Made by a program: the position numbers and the translations under genes
In this document: positions 1 to 8,107 of the stretch, piece by piece
How positions within the stretch are numbered: the stretch's first letter is position 1
How the letters are laid out: each line of letters starts with the position of its first letter
Virus record (IMG/VR): IMGVR_UViG_3300028586_000004
Span: 1-60,645 of that record
DNA from: a virus
Direction: 5' to 3' (one strand)
DNA length: 60,645 nt
Notes under the pieces: model-generated
The model's database searches: none
What the model was told of the DNA's origin: nothing
The model's input: only the letters and a program-made list of their open reading frames with translations

Positions 1-127
1 ATCTGCGAGAGCGTGATGGTGCTGGCGGCCGACATGGTCGGCACGGTGCCGTTGGCGTTGACGACGAGACCCTGCGCGTTCAGCATGGCGACACCGCCAG
101 CCAGGCCGGGGCGGAGGCTGTTGTAGG
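1..127. repeat. Direct terminal repeat, copy 1 (identical to 60519-60645)
   Basis: Read directly: the first 127 nt equal the last 127 nt base for base. Unit length is 60518 bp. Consistent with a circular, circularly permuted or terminally redundant genome/assembly. Confidence 0.95.
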
Positions 128-221
128 CGTCGGCCACGAGGGTGACGGCTGCGTTGAGCTCCTCGCCCCACGGCGCCTGCAGCGGATCGGGCAGGTCGAT
201 GATGATCGTCGCGACAGCCAT
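1..221 (-). CDS. 5' part of junction-spanning fibre-like minor tail gene (continues 60518..60125)
   Basis: ATG at 221-219 follows the stop of 224..1009 (TGAGCATG). It is in frame with the Met at 86 (=60604). N-terminus is MAVATIIIDLPDPLQAPWGEELNAAV. Product is 204 aa once the ends are joined. Confidence 0.7.
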   Translation of the reverse strand, partial: MAVATIIIDLPDPLQAPWGEELNAAVTLVADAYNSLRPGLAGGVAMLNAQGLVVNANGTVPTMSAASTITLSQ

Positions 222-223
222 GC

Positions 224-1009
224 TCACGCTCCTGTTCTGCGGGCGGCGATAGTAGTCTGCCGCATCCTCGGCAGGTCCGGGGACAGGACCTGCGACTCCG
301 CGCGCAGGGCGTTCGGGTTGATGCTCGCGATGAGGGTGTCGACGATGCGGATGTTCGTCCGGTTGTTCGGAAAGGCGGAGGTGTCGATCTCGTACGTGGT
401 GCCCTGGCGGGTGACCGAGCGCGTGCCCTTCGGCAGCCGGCAAGCGCCGCCCGTGATGGCCGCGGCCATCTCGCCAGCCAGCAGGCCGGCAGCGAAGCGT
501 ACGCGCGCGGACGGTGCCACGCCCTTGTAGTAGGTGATGACGAACGCATCGTCGGCATCGTCGCGCGCCATGTTGGCGCCGTGCGGCCACTCGAAGCCGT
601 CCTCGCGGACCAGGACGTAGCCGTCGTCGACGCGGTAGACGCCAGGACTCACTACGTCTCCCGCCACCCGGACCTCGACGACTCGGGAGACGGGGCCGGG
701 AAGTCGCACCTCCGTGCGCGCGCGGCGTGAGCACGAGCAGCTGTTCCGCCAGGACCCCAAGATGCCCAGCCACGGGTACTCCGGGTCGCGGCGGATGAGC
801 GCAGAGACCGAGCCGGCCCACCCCTTGCCGCAGCATGCGGCATCACCCGCGGGTCGGACCTCGATCGGATCCAGGCGGATCTGCCCACCGGAGAGGAAGG
901 TGAGCGTCTCCCATGCCGCCGCCTCCGCCATGCGTCGAACGGTCTCGTCGAGCCCCTCCGCGGCGGCGATCCCGCCTGCGTAGCCCGACCAGTCGACCGT
1001 CGTGTCCAT
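224..1009 (-). CDS. virion protein, head-to-tail adaptor-like (261 aa)
   Basis: ORF track 224..1009 with RBS GAGAGGG before ATG 1009. The motif VRLPGPVSRVVEVRVAGDVV..YRVDDGYVLVREDGFEWP recalls actinophage adaptor proteins (from memory, not searched). Confidence 0.5.
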   Translation of the reverse strand: MDTTVDWSGYAGGIAAAEGLDETVRRMAEAAAWETLTFLSGGQIRLDPIEVRPAGDAACCGKGWAGSVSALIRRDPEYPWLGILGSWRNSCSCSRRARTEVRLPGPVSRVVEVRVAGDVVSPGVYRVDDGYVLVREDGFEWPHGANMARDDADDAFVITYYKGVAPSARVRFAAGLLAGEMAAAITGGACRLPKGTRSVTRQGTTYEIDTSAFPNNRTNIRIVDTLIASINPNALRAESQVLSPDLPRMRQTTIAARRTGA

Positions 1010-1032
1010 GGTGCCCTCTCAGATCGGCAGCA

Positions 1033-1066
1033 GGGGCGGGCGACTAGGTAGCTAGTCGCCCGCCCC
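1033..1066 (-). terminator. 15-bp-stem GC-rich hairpin downstream of 1078..2040
   Basis: GGGGCGGGCGACTAG-gtag-CTAGTCGCCCGCCCC read directly. The apex is a variant of the CTAG palindrome. Confidence 0.7.
1042..1057. repeat. CTAG palindrome copy (GACTAGGTAGCTAGTC, 15/16)
   Basis: Intergenic, 21 nt after the stop of 1078..2040. Forms the tip of the 1033-1066 hairpin. Confidence 0.85.
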
Positions 1067-1077
1067 TGGAGGTGATG

Positions 1078-2040
1078 CTACGGGATGGTGACGGTCGTGG
1101 TGACCGGCTTCCCTGCGCCGTTGTAGGCCCAGATCGTGTACGTGCCGGGTCCGTCGTAGACATGGGTGGTGTCGCCGCCATCACCCAGGACCGCGTCCCA
1201 GGTGAAGTCGCCGAACTCGTACCAGACCTTCTCGTCCGCTCCGGCGTCCGGGAGGACGCTGATCGCCACCGAGTTGCCGGTGCGCGTGGCGGTGACGGAG
1301 GTGAGGCCGACGCCGTTCGTCACGTCCTCGAGGAGCGGGCGAGCGCCGTCGAGGGCCTCGGGCGGCGCCACCTGCACGTTGATCATGCGGAGCGCGACGC
1401 TGTCGGAGATGGGCGAGGTGAGGGGGCCCGCGAAGTCGGGGGCCCCGTTGGGCCCCGCGTTGACCTCGACGTTGTACGGGCCGCGGCCCCACGAGCCGCC
1501 GTTGCGCGTGCTGGCGCCGGTGAGCGTGAAGGTGATCGCCGCGTTGCCGACCTCGAAGTCTCCGAGGATGCCGCCCTGCAGGTACGGCAGGAGCAGGTAG
1601 CCGAAGTTGCCCTGCGTGACCGATCCGGGCTTGCAGGCGTTGCCCGCGGGGGTGCCGGTCCAGAGCTCGAGCGCGAAGCCCGCGTCGTCCAGCTTCACCT
1701 TCGTGTCGATGTCGAGACCGTTGACGCGGCCGAAGGCGTCGTACACGATCGGCATGCCGGTCATCATCGAGAAGAGCTCGGGGTCGACGTCGCAGAAGTT
1801 GAACTCCAGCGAGTAGCCGGCCAGCTGCGCCTCGCCCGCCTCGTAGAGGCAGGTCTCGCCCGAGGCGTTCGTGACGGTGATCTCGTCGGTCTCCGTGGTG
1901 TTGGCCGTGAAGCCGACGGTGACGAAGCCCTTCGTGACCGCGGTCGAGTCGTCGCCGTACACGAACCGGCCACAGCCGTCGAGACGCGTGACGCGCATGC
2001 GACGGCCCTTGACCATCTTGAGGGTGTTGGTCTTGCGCAT
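1078..2040 (-). CDS. major tail protein candidate with C-terminal PKD/Ig-like domain (320 aa)
   Basis: Start moved to ATG 2040 (RBS AGGAGA); the upstream 193 codons of the tracked 513-aa ORF are R/P/S-rich junk overlapping 2072..2491. C-terminal THVYDGPGTYTIWAYN is PKD/Ig-like. Tail tube versus capsid decoration is unresolved. Confidence 0.5.
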   Translation of the reverse strand: MRKTNTLKMVKGRRMRVTRLDGCGRFVYGDDSTAVTKGFVTVGFTANTTETDEITVTNASGETCLYEAGEAQLAGYSLEFNFCDVDPELFSMMTGMPIVYDAFGRVNGLDIDTKVKLDDAGFALELWTGTPAGNACKPGSVTQGNFGYLLLPYLQGGILGDFEVGNAAITFTLTGASTRNGGSWGRGPYNVEVNAGPNGAPDFAGPLTSPISDSVALRMINVQVAPPEALDGARPLLEDVTNGVGLTSVTATRTGNSVAISVLPDAGADEKVWYEFGDFTWDAVLGDGGDTTHVYDGPGTYTIWAYNGAGKPVTTTVTIP

Positions 2041-2071
2041 GGTCTGATTCTCCTGTGCCGGTGGCGGTGAT

Positions 2072-2491
2072 CTAGCGGGTGGCGGGCTTCTTGGCGGCGG
2101 CGGCCTTCGCCTTCGCATCAGCGTCAGCGTCAGCCTTCGCCTTCGCGTCGGCGTCCGCCTTTGCCTTGGCGGTCTCGGCCTCCTTCGCCTCGGTGGCCTT
2201 GCGCTCCTCGGCGGCGGCCGCCTCGGCGGCGGCGGCGGCCTCGGCCTGCTTGTGCTCCTCGGCCTCGTCGGCGGCGCGCTGCGCCTCCTCGCGCTCGGTG
2301 ACCTGGGCCTCGCGCTCCCGCGCGTTCTCCAGGTCGACGGCGTCGATGATCGACTGCGGGACCTGGTAGCCGTCGCGCGTGGCCTTGACCTCGCTGACAT
2401 CCAGCTCCTGCTCGCGCGCGAGCCCGAGCAGCTTCTCGGCGGTGGCCTTGCTGCGGCCGGCGATGAGGCCGTAGCCCTTGGGGATGGACAT
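2072..2491 (-). CDS. HeH/Rho-N-like protein with Ala/Lys/Glu-rich tail (139 aa)
   Basis: N-terminus GRSKATAEKLLGLAREQELDVSEVKATRDGYQVP, followed by an EA/KA low-complexity C-terminus. Tightly packed among capsid-region genes. Confidence 0.5.
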   Translation of the reverse strand: MSIPKGYGLIAGRSKATAEKLLGLAREQELDVSEVKATRDGYQVPQSIIDAVDLENAREREAQVTEREEAQRAADEAEEHKQAEAAAAAEAAAAEERKATEAKEAETAKAKADADAKAKADADADAKAKAAAAKKPATR

Positions 2492-2494
2492 CTG

Positions 2495-3289
2495 CTACTC
2501 CAGCTTGACTCGGACCGCGCCGATGAACGGCTCCACGGTCGTGACGAAGATCTGCTCCGCGAGTGCGACAGCAGTGTTGGATCCGGGCTCGATGACAGGG
2601 TGCGCCTCGACCGCGCCACGGCGGATGGTGACGTGGCCGGTGACGTACAGCCACGCCTCGTCGAAGCCGGCCACGACTCCGCCGGGGCCGGTCTTGGCGT
2701 CGTACCCGCCGCCGTTGACGAACAGCGCGCCGCCGACCGTGGCGGCCTTGTCGATCTCGCCGCTGACGATGGCCTCGCTGGCGAGGTAGACGGCCGCCTG
2801 TCGACCCGAGTGGACCATGGGCACCCCGGGGTACCGCTTGCCGGCGTACTCCTCCAGGAGGGCCAGGCCGCGCTTCGCCTTCACGGCGCCGCTCGCGGGG
2901 GTGAGGTCCTCGGCGTTCGGGGCGAAGACTTCCGTCCAGACGTGCTCCTCCAGCGCGATGCCGGCGGTCACCTCGAGGTTCCGCTCCGCCTTCACGAGGT
3001 ACTCGTTCAGCTCGCGAATCGCCGCGTTGCACTTGAGGCCCACGTACGCGGTGAACTCGTCCGACTCGACGTACTTGAACGGATCGTCGAAGTCCTTCGG
3101 GTTCGTGGTGAGGCAGTCGCCCTCGATGTAGTCGACGCCGGACGCGACCGTGGTCACGTCCGCCTCGTAGTTCACGCCCTGCTGCTCGTGCGGGTCGGTG
3201 ATGTCCATGACCTCTGCGATGTGCAGCAGGCCGCCCTCGACGGGGGTGATCGGGGGCGTGGGAACCAGAACGCCGTGTGCTACGACCAT
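2495..3289 (-). CDS. virion structural protein, role unresolved (264 aa)
   Basis: Strong RBS GAGAGGAGG, unbiased composition, and it follows the post-capsid hairpin directly. Could be a decoration or second capsid-type protein. Confidence 0.6.
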   Translation of the reverse strand: MVVAHGVLVPTPPITPVEGGLLHIAEVMDITDPHEQQGVNYEADVTTVASGVDYIEGDCLTTNPKDFDDPFKYVESDEFTAYVGLKCNAAIRELNEYLVKAERNLEVTAGIALEEHVWTEVFAPNAEDLTPASGAVKAKRGLALLEEYAGKRYPGVPMVHSGRQAAVYLASEAIVSGEIDKAATVGGALFVNGGGYDAKTGPGGVVAGFDEAWLYVTGHVTIRRGAVEAHPVIEPGSNTAVALAEQIFVTTVEPFIGAVRVKLE

Positions 3290-3313
3290 GTGGCCCAGCC
3301 TCCTCTCGTGCTA

Positions 3314-3347
3314 GTCCGGGGGGCGCCCAGGGCGGGACGCCCCCCGG
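3314..3347 (-). terminator. 11-bp-stem hairpin after the capsid gene
   Basis: TCCGGGGGGCG-12 nt-CGCCCCCCGGA read directly, 13 nt downstream of the stop at 3360. Confidence 0.6.
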
Positions 3348-3359
3348 AGATGGTGGGGA

Positions 3360-5096
3360 CTACGCGGTGACGGCGGTGAGGCCGGTGGCGCGCGTGATGT
3401 TCGCGGCGCCGGTGCGGCCCGCGGACTCGAGGCCCACGCGGAGCAGCAGGCCCTCGCCGCAGACGTTCGCGATCTGCATGGCCTCCTCGAAGAACATCGC
3501 CGTGTAGGTGTTGGTCTTGAGGCTGTCGTAGTCGTAGACCGCGTCGAGCGAGATGACGTTGTTCACGCCCTTCACGAACGTGCCCGAGGGGTAGAGCGCG
3601 ATGTCCACCGAGCCGGGGATCGTGAGCGAGGCGCCCGAGGTGGCGAGGTCCTGCCAGTCGTACACGAACTGGAGGTTCACGCCGCGGCTCGCGAGCCACG
3701 CCTTGACCTGGCCGTCGGTCACGTTGATGTGGTCGAGGCCGCCGCCGTTGCGGAAGGCGAGGTCCGCGCGCAGCACCGACATGAGCCACAGGGGGGCGAA
3801 GCCCTCGACGGTCGCGTTGGCGTTGAGGCGGAACTTGTAGCGGAGGCGCATGACCGCCGCCTCGAGGGCCGCGAGGGTGTCGGCGACGGCCGAGCCGAGC
3901 GCACGCGCCGTGACAGCCGTGCCGAGCTCGGTGACAATCTTGCCGATGACGCGCTTGTTCATCTTGTGCGCGTGGGCGACGAGCGCGCCCTCGGTGTAGC
4001 GGCGGAGCAGCTCCGGGTACGTGACCTGGGTCAGGATGCCGGCGCGGATGCCGTAGCCGACGGCCTCCAGGCGCGCCTCCTCCCAGTCCGGGCACTCGAT
4101 CGTCTCGAACTTCTTCTCCTCGCCCGCCTCGGCCTGCGTCTCGGTCTGGACGAAGCCGAAGCTCGCGTCGGTGCCGTCGTAGATGGTGGAGAAGTCGGGG
4201 CCCTTGGTGAACTGGATGCCACCTCGGTTCCACGTGACCTCGGGGACGGAGAGGATGCCGTCGATGGTCTCCCAGACGCACATGTCGTAGAGCGTCTCGG
4301 ACGGGGCGCACCAGCCGCCGGCCGCGACGAGGGACCCGCCCTCGAGGCGCGACTCGCGGGACGCCGCCATGAGCGTGTCGTGGTCGTGCTCCGGGTCACC
4401 GGTGAGGGCGAAGTCGGGGTCGATGGGTCGGGCGATCGTCGCGACGGAGAACGCCTGCGTGATCGACTGCGAGCCCGGTCGGGGCTTCTGGAACTTGGTC
4501 GCGACCGCGCTGAACGCGGCGCCCAGGCCGGTGAGGTCGGCGATCTCCTGGCCCACCTCGTAGCCACGGACGCCGGCCGACGCCGTGATGGCGATCGGCG
4601 CGAGCTCGCGGAGCTTGCTGACGGGCTCGGCGTCAGCGGCCGGAGCGGTGGCCGCCGCGGCGGCTGCCGCGATGCCGGTGGGGACTGCCGAGGCCACGAT
4701 GGTCTCCTCTTCCTGGATGGGGTCTGCGATGGGGTCGATGGGGGCGGGGTCGATGGTCGGCTCGACGACGGGCTCGACGGCCGCAGCGGCGAGCGCCGGG
4801 TCCTCGACGAGCGCGGGGTCCTCGGCCGGGGCGGGCTCCTCGGCGGGGGCGGCGTCGGCGCCGGCCTTCGCGGCAGCGATGCGGGCCTTGCGCTCCTCGT
4901 CGACCTTGCCGATGTTGGCCTGCGCGGACTTGATCGCCTGCACGGCGGCCGTCGCGTTCTCCAGCTCGGTGATCTCGTCGTCCGAGATCTTGTCGTCGTC
5001 GATCTTCGCGAGACGGGCGTGCTCGTCCATCGCGGTCTTGAGGAGGTCCTTGAGGCCGCTCTCGTCGAGGGTGCTCAGGTCAGGAAGCTCGAACAT
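3360..5096 (-). CDS. major capsid protein candidate with N-terminal scaffold/delta-like domain (578 aa)
   Basis: An acidic coiled-coil N-terminus and a Pro/Ala-rich linker precede a ~390-aa body carrying GGWCAPSETLYD and TIECPDWEE. RBS AGGAG. The gene is flanked by strong hairpins. Family assignment is from memory only. Confidence 0.6.
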   Translation of the reverse strand: MFELPDLSTLDESGLKDLLKTAMDEHARLAKIDDDKISDDEITELENATAAVQAIKSAQANIGKVDEERKARIAAAKAGADAAPAEEPAPAEDPALVEDPALAAAAVEPVVEPTIDPAPIDPIADPIQEEETIVASAVPTGIAAAAAAATAPAADAEPVSKLRELAPIAITASAGVRGYEVGQEIADLTGLGAAFSAVATKFQKPRPGSQSITQAFSVATIARPIDPDFALTGDPEHDHDTLMAASRESRLEGGSLVAAGGWCAPSETLYDMCVWETIDGILSVPEVTWNRGGIQFTKGPDFSTIYDGTDASFGFVQTETQAEAGEEKKFETIECPDWEEARLEAVGYGIRAGILTQVTYPELLRRYTEGALVAHAHKMNKRVIGKIVTELGTAVTARALGSAVADTLAALEAAVMRLRYKFRLNANATVEGFAPLWLMSVLRADLAFRNGGGLDHINVTDGQVKAWLASRGVNLQFVYDWQDLATSGASLTIPGSVDIALYPSGTFVKGVNNVISLDAVYDYDSLKTNTYTAMFFEEAMQIANVCGEGLLLRVGLESAGRTGAANITRATGLTAVTA

Positions 5097-5201
5097 GGTG
5101 TGACTCCTACTACGTGGGGTGGTCGACAGATGCGAATCTGTGGGATGCCACCTCGCTACGGAGGAGTGCGGTCGTGCTTCTGAGAGAAGTATGCACGAAA
5201 C

Positions 5202-5240
5202 GGAGCCGCCCCGCCAACATCTTGTCGGCGGGGCGGCTCC
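5202..5240 (-). terminator. 14-bp-stem hairpin between the glycanase block and the capsid gene
   Basis: GGAGCCGCCCCGCC-11 nt-GGCGGGGCGGCTCC read directly, downstream of the stop at 5270. Confidence 0.75.
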
Positions 5241-5269
5241 ACGGCTGAGCTATGCCATCGGATCGGGGG

Positions 5270-6790
5270 TCAGGGCAGCAGCCCGTAGCGGGTCAGAACC
5301 CACCCCAGTGCTCCCGAGGAGTGACGGCGCCACACGTAGCGCATCGACACCTTGTCGGCGGTCTCCACGCGGAGCGTCGTGGTCCCCGCCTTGATCGTGA
5401 GCGTGTTCGATCCATTCACGGCCCCACTGATGACGATCTCGTAGTAGAGACCGTTGAACATGTTGGGGCTGTCTGACGGAAGCGTCAGCGTTCGAGGTGC
5501 CGCGAATGCCGTCTGGTAAGCAACGATATTGGGGTCGCCGCGAACGATGGTGTAGTCAGAATCCGGGCGACTGTTCGAAAGGCGGCCGGTGACCTGATCG
5601 CGAACAGTGACGAAGTTGCCACCTTCCGTCGAAACCGCATTGTGCAGGCCCGCAGTGAATCCAGAGGTGCTCACGTACCTACCAATGGACAGCGCACCCG
5701 AAGAGCTAGTGGCGAACATCTGTCCGCCGTTTGCTGCAGCTTCGCTGAGCTCCACCTCCATGTACCCAACGTCTACGAATCCCTGATCGACCCGCAGTGC
5801 GCTGATGAGCCCCCCCGTCACCTTCATGGCGTTTCCGCCTACCGTGAGGTTGCCAATCGTTGCATTTGACTTACCTTCGAAGTTCCACAGCGACTTGTTT
5901 GCCGCGTAGATTCCGTTCTCCAGTTTCATCGTGCCGATGTTGACCTTGCCTCCCGCCTGCAGGGTCAAGAGGTTGGCGCCCTTGTTGGCCGCGATGAACT
6001 CGATCGTGTCGATCTGGAAGTTGTACCCCCGAAGAGAGAAGACCGGTCCGATCATGTTGGCGCAGTCGGCCAGGATGCGGCCGAATCGGTTGTTCGGAAC
6101 GCCGTTCACGCCACGACTCCAGTCCATGGCTCCGACCGTCATGGCGCCGCCAAAACGAAGATCGTCGAACGTCGTGCCCCACGGGCATCCGATACCGTCA
6201 GCCATCCGGAATCCGAATGCGCTGTTGTTGAACTGCAGGTTGGTGAAGGCCGACTGGAACACCATGGTCGACAGGAGTATCGCCGCCGCATCCGTGTTCG
6301 TTGCCGGCTGATCGGTTGCGTAGTTGAACGACATGTCACGAATTGCCATGCTGTGCATGTAGGAAACGGTGTCGCTGCCGAGATTGAAAATGGCGACATT
6401 GTCGGTGTACTGCTTGATCGTGGTGACGTACGGCCCGGCGCCGACAACCGACCAGCCGGGAACGCTAGAGAATCGCAGCGGCGCGGTGATCTTGTACGTT
6501 CCGGCAGGGATGACCCCCGCTCGATGGTTGACCTGGCAGTAGGTGACGAACCGCTGCAGCGCGTCGGTGTCGTCGGCCACGCCGTCACCCACTGCGCCGA
6601 ACGAAGTGCGGGCGTTCACGAGCTCGTTCGACTGTCGTGCGTACGCCGAGTCCGACCACCTCTTGGCGTCCGACGCGGGGTTGGTGACGTCGGCCTGCTC
6701 GATGCCAGACTCGATCTTCTCGAGCGCGACCGCGGTGACCGGGGTCCCGCCAGCGACGCCAGCCTTCCACGGGGGATTCCTGCTGTACAT
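5270..6790 (-). CDS. pectate-lyase-fold (Pectate_lyase_3-like) tailspike/depolymerase-like protein (506 aa)
   Basis: Carries the signature FGAVGDGVADDTDALQRFV. The N-terminus GTPVTAVALEKIESGIEQ is a fibre-type motif. Confidence 0.65.
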   Translation of the reverse strand: MYSRNPPWKAGVAGGTPVTAVALEKIESGIEQADVTNPASDAKRWSDSAYARQSNELVNARTSFGAVGDGVADDTDALQRFVTYCQVNHRAGVIPAGTYKITAPLRFSSVPGWSVVGAGPYVTTIKQYTDNVAIFNLGSDTVSYMHSMAIRDMSFNYATDQPATNTDAAAILLSTMVFQSAFTNLQFNNSAFGFRMADGIGCPWGTTFDDLRFGGAMTVGAMDWSRGVNGVPNNRFGRILADCANMIGPVFSLRGYNFQIDTIEFIAANKGANLLTLQAGGKVNIGTMKLENGIYAANKSLWNFEGKSNATIGNLTVGGNAMKVTGGLISALRVDQGFVDVGYMEVELSEAAANGGQMFATSSSGALSIGRYVSTSGFTAGLHNAVSTEGGNFVTVRDQVTGRLSNSRPDSDYTIVRGDPNIVAYQTAFAAPRTLTLPSDSPNMFNGLYYEIVISGAVNGSNTLTIKAGTTTLRVETADKVSMRYVWRRHSSGALGWVLTRYGLLP

Positions 6791-6799
6791 GAGCGCCTC

Positions 6800-7186
6800 C
6801 TAGGCGGGGTATGTGGTGTCGGGGAAGAACGCGTCCGGATAGGGCGCGGACGTGGTGGGGGGCGCCGACCAGCCGGACGCCGTGAGCATCCGGACCACGG
6901 TGCGCTGGTACCCCGACTCGGTGCGCATCACGATCGGCTTGTGCGGCGCGCGCAGCTCCCCGACCGAGAAGCCGATCACCGAGTCCCGGCGGACTACCGG
7001 CGTCGCCGGGCTCGTCAGGGTGCCGACGGAGTAGCCGATGGCGGAGTCGGCGCGCGCGGCCGGCGTCGGTGCAGCGGGATCCACGAGCGTGCCCGCGGAG
7101 TACCCGATCGCCGAGTCCGAGCGCACCGCCGCGGCCGGGGGGTAGAGCGTGCCGACCGAGTAGCCGATCGCCGAATCGAGAGCCAC
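6800..7186 (-). CDS. repeat protein, four ~23-aa DSAIGYSVGTL units (128 aa)
   Basis: Tandem units are visible in the translation and as repeated GGAGTACCCGATCGCCGAGTC-like DNA. Confidence 0.6.
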   Translation of the reverse strand: MALDSAIGYSVGTLYPPAAAVRSDSAIGYSAGTLVDPAAPTPAARADSAIGYSVGTLTSPATPVVRRDSVIGFSVGELRAPHKPIVMRTESGYQRTVVRMLTASGWSAPPTTSAPYPDAFFPDTTYPA

Positions 7187-7189
7187 GGG

Positions 7190-8098
7190 CTACGCCTTCG
7201 CCTTGATCCCGTACGCGTGGGTGCCGGCGCTGAGGCCCGTGACCGTGTAGGGGCTGGTGACCCCCGACGCCTTGAGCACGAAGTCGCCCTGCGCCGGGTT
7301 GGCACTCTCGGCCTGCCAGAACTGGTACGACGCCGCGTTCGCGACCGCCGGCCACGTGAGCACCTGCGTGCCGTCGGTGCCGTTCACGGTGGTGGGGTTC
7401 GTGGCCGCGCCCCGCGTCACGACTGGCGTGTCCAGCGGGACCGAGAGCGGGCCCGGCAGGGCGGTGCCGTCGGTCTCCCACACGGGGGAGTCGAACGCCG
7501 CCTGGATGGTGCTCGTCGTGATGCGGCCCCAGATGAAGCGCGCGAACGGCGTGCCCGTCGCGACACTGCCGGCGGTGGTGGTGAAGCTCTGGATGGGGGT
7601 GGTGGATCCCGCCAGGAAGTAGGCCACCCGGATCTCGGCCGTCGTGGAGGTGGATCCCGCCTTGGCCCAGACCTCGACGCGGTACTTCGTGCCGGCGACG
7701 AGCGCGTCCGTTGCGGTCCAGATGCCGCTCGCCGTGCCCGTGGCGTCCGACAGGCGGAGGCGGTTCGTGTTGCTGACGTGGATGGAGACCAGGCGCGCGT
7801 CGCTGCCATCGGTAAGGCGAGCGATGTGGAAGTCGGAGCCCGGCAGCGACGGGAGCGAGAACTCGAGGCTGAATCCGGCGGCGGCGACTGCGGCCGGGAA
7901 GATCGCGTTCATGGCGGCGACGCTGGATGCCGACTCCGCGAGCGCGCCCTTCGACCCCTGGATCGCCGCGGACGAGTCGTACGTCAGGATGCCGGCGCCG
8001 AACACCTGCCCGAACGCCGAGCCGGACGCGCTGCTGTTCGCCGCGGTGACCTGCGCGCCCTGGGTGCCGGCGTCGAGGGTGTTCTGGAATCTGGTCAT
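7190..8098 (-). CDS. lectin-like plus FN3-domain protein (302 aa)
   Basis: C-terminus TQVLTWPAVANAASYQFWQAE..YTVTGLSAGTHAYGIKA is FN3-like. The N-terminal part has beta-rich, jelly-roll-like composition (weak). Confidence 0.5.
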   Translation of the reverse strand: MTRFQNTLDAGTQGAQVTAANSSASGSAFGQVFGAGILTYDSSAAIQGSKGALAESASSVAAMNAIFPAAVAAAGFSLEFSLPSLPGSDFHIARLTDGSDARLVSIHVSNTNRLRLSDATGTASGIWTATDALVAGTKYRVEVWAKAGSTSTTAEIRVAYFLAGSTTPIQSFTTTAGSVATGTPFARFIWGRITTSTIQAAFDSPVWETDGTALPGPLSVPLDTPVVTRGAATNPTTVNGTDGTQVLTWPAVANAASYQFWQAESANPAQGDFVLKASGVTSPYTVTGLSAGTHAYGIKAKA

Positions 8099-8107
8099 CT
8101 GCTGCTC

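Noticed and set aside
1078-2619. The tracked 513-aa ORF extending the Ig-domain protein upstream to 2619.
   Set aside because: The N-terminal 193 codons are Ser/Arg/Pro junk lying over the real gene 2072..2491. An internal ATG at 2040 has a good AGGAGA RBS.
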